Shown here piece after piece: positions 1 through 12,978 of a DNA stretch of 64,000 nt. Both the position numbers and the translations under genes were made by a program. Within the stretch, counting starts at the first letter, position 1. Each line of letters begins with the position of its first letter. The notes under the pieces were generated by a model. The model saw only the letters and a program-made list of their open reading frames with translations, was not told where the DNA came from and ran no database searches. The stretch comes from Acidobacteriota bacterium (lineage in GTDB: Bacteria > Acidobacteriota > Thermoanaerobaculia > Multivoradales > Multivoraceae), in the NCBI GenBank assembly GCA_021296535.1, contig JAGWAG010000001.1, positions 4,463-68,462 of the forward strand. Reading direction: 5' to 3'.

Positions 1-745
1 TCGCCCCGGTCCGAACTCAGCTTCCGCCGCTGGCTGATGGATGCGATCTCCTGCATCGTGTCGCGAAGACGGGCCGCCGTCTCGAACTCAAGGCGGGTCG
101 CCTCAGTCCGCATGCGGCCGCGCAGGTCCCGCAGCAATTCGTCGTTCCTGCCGGCGAGAAACAGGCGCGCCTTCTCGACCGCCTCGGCATAGGCCTCGTC
201 GGTCGTCAGGCCGTCGACGCAGGGCCCCAGGCAGCGCTTCATGTCGTAGTAGAGGCAGGGTCGCGGCAGGCTGCCGTCGATCTCGATCCGGCACACCCGG
301 ATGCCGAACAGCTTCTGCGTCAGCTTGATCGCCTTGCGCGCCAGTCCGGCGGGCAGGTAGGGACCGTAGTACTCCGCGCCGTCGCGGCGAATACGCCGCG
401 TGAAGGCAAGGCGCGGATGCCCGTCGGCGAGGGTGAGCTTGAGGTAGGGGTACGTCTTGTCGTCTCGCAGGCGGATGTTGAACCGCGGCTGCCGGCGCTT
501 GATCCAGTTGTTCTCGAGCAGCAGCGCCTCGGCTTCCGAGTCCGTGACGACGAACTCGATATCGGCCGCGTCCTGGAGCATCAGGGCAATGCGCGCATCC
601 TCCGCCGGCTTGCGGTACGACGCGGCACGCCGCCTGAGGGACTTCGCCTTGCCGACGTACAGCGCCTCACCGGCCTCCGCCTTGAAGATGTAGATCCCCG
701 GCTGATCCGGAAGCTCTCCCAGCCGCTGCCGCAGCTCCCGGCGCA

Positions 746-746
<1 letters not shown>
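1..746 (-). CDS. uvrC: Excinuclease ABC subunit C (UvrC), N-terminal part; the 3' end runs off the window start
   Basis: Absent from the ORF track because it is truncated by the window edge. Reverse-strand translation from the ATG at 746 reads MRRELRQRLGELPDQPGIYIFKAEAGEALYVGKAKSLRRRAASY...LLENNWIKRRQPRFNIRLRDDKTYPYL, which is the GIY-YIG domain of UvrC. The ATG overlaps the uvrB stop (ATGA). Confidence 0.9.
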
Positions 747-2824
<2,078 letters not shown>

Positions 2825-2826
2825 GA

Positions 2827-3294
2827 TCAGACCTCCGGGCTGGAGGCCGCGATGCGCTCGAGACGCTCGGTCAGGCGGCGCAAATCGTCGCGGTCCAGCA
2901 GTTCCCGCTCCGCCCTCCGCAGCGCATCGGTCAGCGCCATCTGCAGCCGACGATTGTCGGCCGGCGTAGCCGGTCGGGTCCGGTAGCGCTCGTGCACGGA
3001 ATCAAAGGCGCGCTCGAGACGGTTGCGTTCTTCCGACGTGGCGTCCTCAGGCAGTGCCTCCGTGATCCGTTCCCGGCTCAAGTCCAGGACGAACCCGAGC
3101 AGTTCGTCGGCCTGCGTCAGTGCCACCGCGAGGCCGACCACGAGCAGGAGGGCGAGCAGCCCGCATCCGGCCAGACCCGCAATCAGACAGCCACGCCGCT
3201 TTCGGTCCGGATCGCGCGGCCGCACCGGCGACTGCTCGGGAAAGGGTTCCGGCAGAGGCGGCAGGCCGCGCGGCTCCTCGGGTTCGGGAGTCAT
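2827..3294 (-). CDS. Hypothetical membrane-anchored protein: Pro/Glu-rich N-terminus, one TM segment, Arg/Glu-rich helical C-terminus
   Basis: 155-aa ORF with an ATG start. The TM segment is [24 protein letters not shown]. The gene is tightly packed upstream of uvrB and has GC3-rich codon usage. I recognise no family. Confidence 0.6.
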   Translation of the reverse strand: MTPEPEEPRGLPPLPEPFPEQSPVRPRDPDRKRRGCLIAGLAGCGLLALLLVVGLAVALTQADELLGFVLDLSRERITEALPEDATSEERNRLERAFDSVHERYRTRPATPADNRRLQMALTDALRRAERELLDRDDLRRLTERLERIAASSPEV

Positions 3295-3305
3295 GAGTCG
3301 GGCCG

Positions 3306-3312
3306 TATGATA
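3306..3312. promoter_or_regulatory. AT-rich element TATGATA that supplies -10-like boxes on both strands (TATGAT for PBP1A, TATCAT for the hypothetical-uvrB-uvrC operon)
   Basis: It is the only AT-rich hexamer in the 23-nt divergent spacer. TATGAT ends 6 nt before the GTG at 3318, and no Shine-Dalgarno sequence is possible in that space. Confidence 0.4.
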
Positions 3313-3317
3313 CGCGC

Positions 3318-5801
3318 GTGATGACGGCGCCGCGCAAAGCCCTGCAACCCCTGCTCGACTGGGGCTTGCGGCACTGGCGGTGGCTGACGCCGATCGTCGC
3401 GACGCCGGTCGCGGGCGTCCTGCTGGGGATCGGCGTCGCGGCGGCGATCGATCTGCCGCAGGTCGAAACCGTCGCCGAGTTGACGCCCAGCCAGATCACC
3501 CGGCTCCTGGATAGCGGGGGCGACGTCTTCCGGAGCTACTCCGTCGAGAAGCGGATCATGCTCGCCGAAGGCGAGGTGCCGGAGGTCTTCGAGCGCGTCC
3601 TGCTCACCGCGGAGGACCGGAACTTCTACTCCCACGCCGGCTTCGACATCATCGGCGTGGCACGCGCAACGCTGCAGAACTGGCAGCGGGGCGAGCGGTT
3701 CTCCGGCGCTTCGACGATTACGATGCAGGTTGCGCGAACGCTGTATCTCGGCCGCGAGAAAATCTGGAGCCGCAAGATCCGCGAGACGCTTCTCGCCATC
3801 GAGCTCGAGAAACGCCTGAGCAAGCAGCAGATCCTCACCCTCTACTGCAACCTGACCTACTTCGGCCACGGCAACTACGGCCTCGAGGCAGCCTCCCGCT
3901 ACTACTTCGGCAAACCGGCGGTCGAGCTGGATCACGTCGAATCCGCCACTCTCGTGGCCATCCTGCCGGGGCCGAGCGTGTGGACGCCGTATCTGCGACC
4001 CGAGGTGGTACGCAACCGCCGCAACACGATCCTGGGCGTCGTGGCCCAACGCGGCGTGATCACGAGAGAGCAGGCCGAGGAGGCGGCGACGCTGCCGCTG
4101 GGCGTGGTCAAGCAGCGCGAGACGAAGCCGGTGGCGCCGTACTTCGCCGAGCGGGTCCGGGTCGACCTGTACTCCACCTACGGCCGAAAGGGCCTCTACG
4201 AGCGGGGGCTCCAGGTCAGGACGACCCTCGATCCGCGGATGCAGAACGCCGCCGAGAAGGCGCTGCGCCAGGGCCTGGTCCGGATCGACCGGTTCCGGGG
4301 CTACCGTGGGCCAGCGTCCCGCGTCGACCAGGACGATCTCGAGGCGGAGGATCTCGCCGAGTCGGTTGGGGATCTACTCGCCGCCTGGGTCGGTTTCGAA
4401 CCGGAGGTCGGTGCCTGGGCTCCCGGTGTCGTCCTCCGGCGCGGGCGGCGCGACGCGGAGATTCGGATCGGCGACCACCGCTTCGTCCTCCAACCCGAGG
4501 GTTACGAATGGACCCGGCGGGACGCGCCGCCTCTCAAGAGGGGCGACATCGCCTGGTTCGAACTCCGTCCCGCCGTGGAGGGCGACCAGGACGGCGAAGC
4601 GGATCCGGAGATGTCCTTCGCGCTCGAACTCGTCCAGGAGCCGACCCTCGAGGGCGCGGTGCTGCTGCTCGAATCGTCGACGGGCGCCATCCGGGCCATG
4701 GTTGGCGGCTGGGACTACGAGCGAAGCGAGTTCAACCGCGCGATCCAGGCCCGGCGCCAGGTCGGCTCGCTCTTCAAGCCGTTCGTCTTCGGCGCCGCCT
4801 TTGAGCACGGCTTCACCCCCGCCGACACCCTCTTCGATGCGCCGGCGGTCTTCGTGGGCGTCGACAACCTGCCGAGCTACAGCCCGCGCAACTACTACCG
4901 CAAGTACCTCGGCATCTTGACGTTGCGCAAGGCGCTCGAGAAGTCGATCAACGTCACCGCGGTCAAGCTCCAGGACGTTGTCGGCGCCGACCGCGTCGTC
5001 GACTTCGCCTACCGGACGGGCATCCGTTCGCCTCTGCCGCCGTATCCCAGTCTCGCCCTCGGTGCAGCCGACCTGACCGTGCTCGAGGTGGCCACCGCCT
5101 ACGCCACGATCGCCAACCTGGGCGTCCACGTCGAGCCGTACCTGATCGAGAGTGTGGCGACCCGGGACGGCCGCGAACTCGAGGCCCACGTGCCCCAGGC
5201 GTCGACGGTGCTGACACCGGAGGTCGCGTACCTGCTGACCCACGTGCTCTCCGGCGTGGTCCAGCGCGGGACGGCCCAGTCGGCGAAGAGCCTGGGACTC
5301 ACAGCCGTTGCCGGCAAGACGGGCACAACCGACGGTTTCACCGACGCCTGGTTCGCCGGCTACACGCCCCGCTACACCCTCGTGGTCTGGGTCGGCTACG
5401 ACCAGCAGCAGCGCATCGGCCGCAACATGACCGGCTCGGCGGCCGCCCTGCCGATCTGGAACGAGGTCCTGCGCCAGGGGGTCGAGGACGGCTGGATCGA
5501 TCCTCGCGCCACCTTCACGCGACCGAACCGGGTTCGTCTGGAACGGATCGAGTACAACTCCGGCCTGCGGCCCGCGCGCCGTCCGGTCGGAGGACAGCAC
5601 CTGATCGACGAAGCGTTCATCGCAGGTACCGAACCAGTGCTTTCCTTCGACCCCGACACGCGCCCTGTCTACGACCTCCCGTGGTACCAGCAGCGCGCTC
5701 TCTACGGCGAACCGAAGGCCGGCGAGAACATGCCCGAGGACGTCACCGACTGGTCTCTCATCCGCCATGCCTGGAGAGAAGACGCGGAGGGGGGTTCCTA
5801 G
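3318..5801 (+). CDS. mrcA: Penicillin-binding protein 1A (bifunctional glycosyltransferase/transpeptidase)
   Basis: 827 aa with an N-terminal TM segment. GT51 motifs are present (EDRNFYSHAGFD, RKIRE), as are the transpeptidase motifs SLFKP (SxxK), SIN (SxN) and KTGTT. The start is GTG at 3318 or ATG at 3321. Confidence 0.92.
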   Translation: MMTAPRKALQPLLDWGLRHWRWLTPIVATPVAGVLLGIGVAAAIDLPQVETVAELTPSQITRLLDSGGDVFRSYSVEKRIMLAEGEVPEVFERVLLTAEDRNFYSHAGFDIIGVARATLQNWQRGERFSGASTITMQVARTLYLGREKIWSRKIRETLLAIELEKRLSKQQILTLYCNLTYFGHGNYGLEAASRYYFGKPAVELDHVESATLVAILPGPSVWTPYLRPEVVRNRRNTILGVVAQRGVITREQAEEAATLPLGVVKQRETKPVAPYFAERVRVDLYSTYGRKGLYERGLQVRTTLDPRMQNAAEKALRQGLVRIDRFRGYRGPASRVDQDDLEAEDLAESVGDLLAAWVGFEPEVGAWAPGVVLRRGRRDAEIRIGDHRFVLQPEGYEWTRRDAPPLKRGDIAWFELRPAVEGDQDGEADPEMSFALELVQEPTLEGAVLLLESSTGAIRAMVGGWDYERSEFNRAIQARRQVGSLFKPFVFGAAFEHGFTPADTLFDAPAVFVGVDNLPSYSPRNYYRKYLGILTLRKALEKSINVTAVKLQDVVGADRVVDFAYRTGIRSPLPPYPSLALGAADLTVLEVATAYATIANLGVHVEPYLIESVATRDGRELEAHVPQASTVLTPEVAYLLTHVLSGVVQRGTAQSAKSLGLTAVAGKTGTTDGFTDAWFAGYTPRYTLVVWVGYDQQQRIGRNMTGSAAALPIWNEVLRQGVEDGWIDPRATFTRPNRVRLERIEYNSGLRPARRPVGGQHLIDEAFIAGTEPVLSFDPDTRPVYDLPWYQQRALYGEPKAGENMPEDVTDWSLIRHAWREDAEGGS

Positions 5802-5808
5802 CAGTCCG

Positions 5809-7182
5809 TCACCCGGGAGGACGTACTCCGATCAGCGCGTAGTCGCGATAGCCGTAGAGCAGGTCGTCGAGCTCGTCCCGGAGACGGTTGAGCCGCTCCG
5901 CCAGCTCCCGGGTCTGGCCGTCCAGGCCGGCGAGCGGGATCTCGGTCAGGCGCTCCTCTTCGGGGTAAGGCCGCAGGTCGAGTTGTTCGATGCCGGCAAA
6001 CCCGGCGCTTTCGTAGCTGGCGCGCAACATCTCCGGGTGAACCGGCCGCACGTGCGTCGGGTCGAGCCAGAAGCTTCCCGCGGTCACGGCCACCGAGAGT
6101 GGATTCGGCGCCTCGAGCAGGAGAATCCCCCCCGGGCGCAAGGCCGCGTAGGCGAGGCGCACCAGGCGGTCGACCGCTTCCGGCGGCAGGTGTTCGATCA
6201 CGTGGAAGGACACAATCCCGCCCAGCGATCCGGGCTCGACGCCGGCCAGGGCTCCCGGCAGCTCCCCCTGCTCGACCTGGAGGCCCTGCTGGGAACAGCG
6301 ACGCACCATGGCAGCGGAGGAATCGATACCGCGACAACAAATGCCCTCCTCCTGAAGCAGCGCCAGCGCCTCGCCACGGCCGCAGCCGAGGTCCAGGACC
6401 GGCGCCGCCTCGCGAAGCCGCTGCAGATAGGAATGGACGCGCTGCCGGATCTCCCGTTCGCCGCCGCGAAACCGGTGCTCGAAGTCCAGGTAGGAGGCAT
6501 CGTCGACGCTCGAGCGAAGCACGGCCGTCTCCACGTCACCGTCCCCGGCCAGGGCCGAGCGCAGGAGGCCGGCGAGCTCATCCGCCTCGCGCCGGTACCG
6601 GTCCAGCTTGCGGTCGACGCGCCCGAAGAGCGCGTCATCGTGACGCATGACCTCGTCCAGGCCCTGGCGCAGGAAGTTCTCCAGGTGTCTGGTCCGCCCG
6701 TCCAGTTCTTCGATGCGTCCCGTCAGGTCCCGGTCGACCCGTTCCTGGTGCCGCCGCCAGTCCTGGAAACGCTGATCGAGATCCTGGAAGTGGCCCAGCA
6801 GGATCAGGTTGAAGACCCGCTGGCGCTCCCACAGGTCCTTCTGCGGCAGGTGGACCAGCGGACGCAGCAGCCGCTTGCAGGCCACCAGGACCCGCCCGGC
6901 AAGGCCGCGGTGGCTACGAATGGGGAACGGGAGATCCCGTTCCCAGAGCTGGCGCCAGTCCTCGAGCCGACGGGTGGGCCGGTCGCCGAGAAAGGCCTCG
7001 ACTTCCGGCGGTCCGCCATCGCCGCCAACCGCTTCTCCGCCCGCCGTTTCTCCGCCGGAAGGGGCGGCTTGCCAGGGTGTCCCGGCCGGGACGTTCCCTT
7101 CGCTGGAATCCTCAGGTCTCAGGCACAACCTCGACTGCGATTTCGGCGATGACCTCCGTGTGGAGGTCGACCCGAACGACAT
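5809..7182 (-). CDS. Class I SAM-dependent methyltransferase with a long N-terminal coiled-coil region; start uncertain
   Basis: SAM-binding motif VLDLGCGRGEALALL and post-I/II motifs (IVSFHVIEHL, LRPGGILLLEAPN). The only canonical start in frame (7182) overlaps rplI by 71 nt, so the true start is unresolved. Confidence 0.75.
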   Translation of the reverse strand: MSFGSTSTRRSSPKSQSRLCLRPEDSSEGNVPAGTPWQAAPSGGETAGGEAVGGDGGPPEVEAFLGDRPTRRLEDWRQLWERDLPFPIRSHRGLAGRVLVACKRLLRPLVHLPQKDLWERQRVFNLILLGHFQDLDQRFQDWRRHQERVDRDLTGRIEELDGRTRHLENFLRQGLDEVMRHDDALFGRVDRKLDRYRREADELAGLLRSALAGDGDVETAVLRSSVDDASYLDFEHRFRGGEREIRQRVHSYLQRLREAAPVLDLGCGRGEALALLQEEGICCRGIDSSAAMVRRCSQQGLQVEQGELPGALAGVEPGSLGGIVSFHVIEHLPPEAVDRLVRLAYAALRPGGILLLEAPNPLSVAVTAGSFWLDPTHVRPVHPEMLRASYESAGFAGIEQLDLRPYPEEERLTEIPLAGLDGQTRELAERLNRLRDELDDLLYGYRDYALIGVRPPG

Positions 7183-7558
7183 GCTCGCCCAAGGCCTTGA
7201 TTCCGCCCGTCAGGTCCACCATCCGGCGATGGACCTGGACACCCTTGGAGGCGAGCGCCTCGACGATCTCCGTCGGCGTCACGGAGCCGTAGAGAGTTCC
7301 CGTCTCGCTGGCCCGCTTGGCGATCTTGATCTTCAGCGCCGCCAGTTCGGCAGCGACCTCAGCGGCAGCCGAGCGCTCGGCCGCGTGCCGGGCATCGAAC
7401 TTCGATCGCTGCGACTCGAACCAGTGCCGGTTCGCCACCGTGGACGGCGCCGCGAGTTCCCTCGGATACAGGTAGTTCCGCGCGTAGCCGGGCTTCACGT
7501 CGACGACCTCGCCACGCCCACCGAGCCCCCTCATGTCCTGAAGCAGGATGACTTCCAT
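7112..7558 (-). CDS. rplI: 50S ribosomal protein L9
   Basis: 148 aa, MEVILLQDMRGLGGRGEVVDVKPGYARNYLYP..., a typical L9 N-terminus. It is the last gene of the rpsF-rpsR-rplI string. Confidence 0.95.
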   Translation of the reverse strand: MEVILLQDMRGLGGRGEVVDVKPGYARNYLYPRELAAPSTVANRHWFESQRSKFDARHAAERSAAAEVAAELAALKIKIAKRASETGTLYGSVTPTEIVEALASKGVQVHRRMVDLTGGIKALGEHVVRVDLHTEVIAEIAVEVVPET

Positions 7559-7595
7559 TTTGCGTTCCTCTTCCCTATCCCTGTCCTGCGGCCGT

Positions 7596-7826
7596 TCAGT
7601 CCGCGGTGTACGGAATCAGGGCCAGGAAGCGCGCACGCCGAATGGCGCGGGCCAGCATTCTCTGGTGGCGGGCTGAATTGCCCGAGATTCTGCGGGGGAG
7701 GACCTTCGCCCTCTCGGGCACGAAGGGCCGCAGGGTCGCTATGTCCTTGTAGTCGATGTACTCGATCCCGTCCACGGTGAACTTGCACACCTTGCGGCGG
7801 CGGAAGAAGGTCTTTCGTTTCGGCAT
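7596..7826 (-). CDS. rpsR: 30S ribosomal protein S18
   Basis: 76 aa, with FRRRKVCKF...IDYKD...LRPF...[33 protein letters not shown]. Confidence 0.95.
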   Translation of the reverse strand: MPKRKTFFRRRKVCKFTVDGIEYIDYKDIATLRPFVPERAKVLPRRISGNSARHQRMLARAIRRARFLALIPYTAD

Positions 7827-7841
7827 TGTCTCTGTTCCCTT

Positions 7842-8210
7842 CTAGCCTGTGGCCTCGGCGAGGACCGTCGTCTGGACCGGCGCCTTGCCCTTGCTTGCCG
7901 CGCGCTTCAGGTCGCGGTCCGTCCGCACGACAAGGTGGCGCAGCACGCGCTCGTTCTGGAGCATCCGCTGCCCGACCTCGGCGAGGCTGTTGTCGCCTCC
8001 GTCCGACTCCAGGTAGTAGATGTGGTAACGCCCCTCGGTGAACTTCTTGATCGGATAGGCGAGCCGCCGCTTGCCCCAGGACTCTTCCTGGGTGATCCGG
8101 GTCTTGCCGTCCGCCACCAGCATCTCACCAAAACCGTCGCTCAACTGCACCGCCTCCTCATCCGAGAGACGTGGGTCCGCAATGAAGACCAGTTCGTATG
8201 TCCGTGTCAA
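7842..8210 (-). CDS. rpsF: 30S ribosomal protein S6
   Basis: The track ORF (to 8363) is trimmed to the TTG at 8210, which is preceded by GAGGA. The product starts (M)[18 protein letters not shown]...[12 protein letters not shown], a canonical S6. Confidence 0.85.
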   Translation of the reverse strand: MTRTYELVFIADPRLSDEEAVQLSDGFGEMLVADGKTRITQEESWGKRRLAYPIKKFTEGRYHIYYLESDGGDNSLAEVGQRMLQNERVLRHLVVRTDRDLKRAASKGKAPVQTTVLAEATG

Positions 8211-8318
8211 TCGTTCATCCTCGTCAGGTTCTCCACGAAGCCGCGCATCGTCGCGAGTTCGGTTGGCTGTTTTCTCCGTTCCACGCTGGCAGGCACCAGG
8301 GCCGCAACGAATTTCTTC

Positions 8319-8344
8319 CCTGCCGCTTCCTGCGGAAGCGCTTT
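8319..8344 (-). repeat. Copy A of an exact 26-nt repeat, AAAGCGCTTCCGCAGGAAGCGGCAGG (read on the minus strand)
   Basis: Identical to 21965-21990 on the plus strand. It contains the inverted repeat CGCTTCC-GCA-GGAAGCG. It lies 28 nt downstream of the hppA stop and 108 nt upstream of the rpsF start. Confidence 0.9.
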
Positions 8345-8372
8345 CGGCGGCGGAATTTATCACGGTTGTCGG

Positions 8373-10445
<2,073 letters not shown>

Positions 10446-10494
10446 TATCCGTTTCCCCTCAATCCCTGGTAAGAGTTCATCCGTTCCTGCAAAC

Positions 10495-11073
10495 TCATCC
10501 GTTGTACTCGTTCATCGTGATGTCGACGCCCCGGTCGACCCAGCTCAGGACGCAGTCGGCGGCGCGGCGCACCATGCGTCTCGCGGCTTCGACTTCCTCG
10601 GCAGCGAACGGGGCGAGCACGAAATCCGTGAGCCCCGCCTCCCTGCCGCCGGCACACCCGTCCGCCTGTTCCGTCTCGTCCGCTGCGATGCCCAACCTCA
10701 GCCGGGGCACCGCCGTGGTGCGCAGGTTCTCGATGATCGACTCCATTCCGCGATGGCCGCCCGGACTGCCCCTGCCGCGAAGGCGCAACCTTCCCAAAGG
10801 CAGGTGGACTTCGTCGTAGACGACCAGGATGTTCTCGGGAGCATAGCCATTCCGTTCACTGAGGCATCGCGCGCTGTAACCGCTGCGGTTCATGTAGGTC
10901 TGGGGAGTCGCCAGGTCGACCCGCCCGCCGGCGGCCCAGAGTGCGCCGCAGACCTCCACGCCGAGGCGGACGTCGAGTCGCTGTGCCAGTTCCTCGACAA
11001 CGCGGAAGCCGAGATTGTGCCGGGTGCCGGCATACTCCTCTCCCGGATTGCCAAGACCGAGGACCAGCCGCAA
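10495..11073 (-). CDS. pth: Peptidyl-tRNA hydrolase
   Basis: The track ORF is trimmed to the TTG at 11073, 4 nt after the rplY stop. The product starts (M)[22 protein letters not shown]...QTYMNRSG...GGHRGMESI. Confidence 0.9.
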   Translation of the reverse strand: MRLVLGLGNPGEEYAGTRHNLGFRVVEELAQRLDVRLGVEVCGALWAAGGRVDLATPQTYMNRSGYSARCLSERNGYAPENILVVYDEVHLPLGRLRLRGRGSPGGHRGMESIIENLRTTAVPRLRLGIAADETEQADGCAGGREAGLTDFVLAPFAAEEVEAARRMVRRAADCVLSWVDRGVDITMNEYNG

Positions 11074-11077
11074 GCTC

Positions 11078-11746
11078 CTAGTCGTCTTCGTCCTCCGCCT
11101 CGGCCCCGTCGCCGACCATTTCGGGCTCCTCGCCGAACGCTTCGAGGAGCTCGTCCTCCTCGGAGACCTCCTCTTCCTCTTCCACGAGCCTCGGGGCGGC
11201 AACCGATACGACAACGCGGCTTTCGTCGTCTTCGAGCCGCACCGCATCCGGGAGCGTGAGCTCGCCGATTTCCACATGCTGGCCGATGTGCAGCGGCTCA
11301 ACGTCGAGTTCGATCGAAGACGGAATGTCGCCGGGCAGGCAGACGACGGCGATCTCGCGGGTGACGAACTCCACGATGCCACCCTCGTTCCTGACCCCTT
11401 CGGGAGTTCCGATCAGCGCGATCGGGACCGAGACCTGGACTTCCTGATCCATCTTGACTCGTTGAAAGTCGATGTGGACCAGCGCGCCGGTCAGGGGATT
11501 CCACTGCAGGTCGCGAATCATCGTATGGCGCGTGCGATCCGTTCCCTCCAACTTGAGCTGGAAGACGGCGTTCTCGCCGCCCTCCCGGATCAGGGTCTGC
11601 ACGCTCTTGCCGTCGACGCGTATGGCAGCCGAGTCCGCGTCGCCGCCGTAGACCACGGCCGGGATCTCGCCCGCCGCGCGCAGGCGGCGGTTGGCGTTCT
11701 TGCCGGTCTGCTCACGCAGCCGCACACTGACTGTCGGTTCGCTCAT
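11078..11746 (-). CDS. rplY: 50S ribosomal protein L25 / general stress protein Ctc
   Basis: 222 aa, with GKNANRRLRAAGEIPAVVYG...IRDLQWNPLTGALVHIDFQRV and an acidic C-terminal tail. Confidence 0.92.
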   Translation of the reverse strand: MSEPTVSVRLREQTGKNANRRLRAAGEIPAVVYGGDADSAAIRVDGKSVQTLIREGGENAVFQLKLEGTDRTRHTMIRDLQWNPLTGALVHIDFQRVKMDQEVQVSVPIALIGTPEGVRNEGGIVEFVTREIAVVCLPGDIPSSIELDVEPLHIGQHVEIGELTLPDAVRLEDDESRVVVSVAAPRLVEEEEEVSEEDELLEAFGEEPEMVGDGAEAEDEDD

Positions 11747-11773
11747 TTCGAGTTCCTTCGAGAAACGAACAGC

Positions 11774-12715
11774 TCAGACGAAAAGGGACGTCACGGAGCT
11801 GTTGTCGTGGATTCTGCGGATTGCCTCGCCCAGCAGGGCCGCGACACTATGGGGACGCAGCCGCGTGCTCCGGGCGAGCTTGTCCTCGAGCGGCGTCGTG
11901 TTCGTCACCAGGACGCCCTCGAGCTTCGATTCTTCGATTCGTTCGATCGCGGAAGCCGAGAGGACACCGTGTATTCCGGCGGCGAAGATCCTCCGAGCTC
12001 CCTGGGCGTCCAGCGACTCGACCGAGTTGAGCAAGGTGCCGCCGGTATCGATGATGTCGTCGAGGATCAGGACGTCCCGGCCCTTCACGTCGCCGATCAC
12101 GTTCATCACCTCGGCCTTGTTCGCGGCCACCCGCCGCTTGTCGATGATGGCGAGTTCCGTGTCCAGGCGCTTGGCGATGGCCCGCGCCCTCGCCACGCCG
12201 CCGGCGTCCGGCGCCACGATCATCAGATCGTCGATGCCCAGCGCCCTGATCGCGTCGAGGAGAACCGGCGCCGCGAAGAGGTGATCGACCGGAATGTCGA
12301 AGTAGCCCGAGATCTGCGCGGCGTGGACGTCCATCGTCAGCAGCCGGTCCGCTCCCGCAGCGGTGATGACGTCCGCCACCAGCTTGGCCGTGATCGGCAC
12401 CCGCGGCTTGTCCTTCTTGTCCTGGCGGGCGTACCCGTAGTAGGGAATCACGGCAGTCACACGCGCCGCCGAAGCTCGCTTGACCGCGTCCAGCATGATG
12501 AGCAGCTCAACGAAGTTGTCGTTGACCGGAGTACAGGTCGGCTGGACGATGAACACGTCGGTGCCGCGAACGTTCTCCTGGATCTGACAGAAGATCTCAC
12601 CGTCGGCGAAGTTGTAGGCCGTGACCTGCCCCGGCACCATGCCCAGATAGCTGCAGATCTCGTTCGTCAGTGCCGGGTGCGCCCGGCCACCGAAGATCTT
12701 CAGCTCCGTGTACAT
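11774..12715 (-). CDS. prs: Ribose-phosphate pyrophosphokinase
   Basis: Trimmed to the ATG at 12715, which is preceded by AAGGTAGAG. The product reads MYTELKIFGG...IPYYGYARQDKK...DLHAAQ-like MDVHAAQISGYF...ILDDIIDTGGTL. Confidence 0.92.
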   Translation of the reverse strand: MYTELKIFGGRAHPALTNEICSYLGMVPGQVTAYNFADGEIFCQIQENVRGTDVFIVQPTCTPVNDNFVELLIMLDAVKRASAARVTAVIPYYGYARQDKKDKPRVPITAKLVADVITAAGADRLLTMDVHAAQISGYFDIPVDHLFAAPVLLDAIRALGIDDLMIVAPDAGGVARARAIAKRLDTELAIIDKRRVAANKAEVMNVIGDVKGRDVLILDDIIDTGGTLLNSVESLDAQGARRIFAAGIHGVLSASAIERIEESKLEGVLVTNTTPLEDKLARSTRLRPHSVAALLGEAIRRIHDNSSVTSLFV

Positions 12716-12890
12716 GGCGCGCTCTACCTTGCTGACATGAACTGTCATCAGGCCGCCCCATCGCGGAACCGCGCACCATTGCAGGAACCTTCGCGCCAGC
12801 CGCGACAATCGACGCGTACGGAGACTCTCGACACGGACAACCTCGGGCTCTGAATCTGTTGCAAGGGGGGAGAAGGCCGGCGCTTCCCTG

Positions 12891-12965
12891 TGGTTGGGGC
12901 GGGAGGATTCGAACCCCCGATAGCGAGATCCAAAGTCTCGTGCCTTACCACTTGGCGACGCCCCA
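12891..12965 (-). tRNA. tRNA-Gln (anticodon UUG), CCA end encoded
   Basis: The minus strand reads TGGGGCGTCGCCAAGTGGTAAGGCACGAGACTTTGGATCTCGCTATCGGGGGTTCGAATCCTCCCGCCCCAACCA. It has a 7-bp acceptor stem, the anticodon loop CTTTGGA and the T-loop GGTTCGAATCC. Confidence 0.9.
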
Positions 12966-12978
12966 GACGGGCCGGCGG

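Noticed and set aside
8311-8344. A sigma54 promoter (GG-N10-GC) inside the 26-nt repeat (GGCAGG...).
   Set aside because: The spacing from GG to the nearest TTGC in copy A is about 19 nt rather than 12. Copy B has no TTGC at all.
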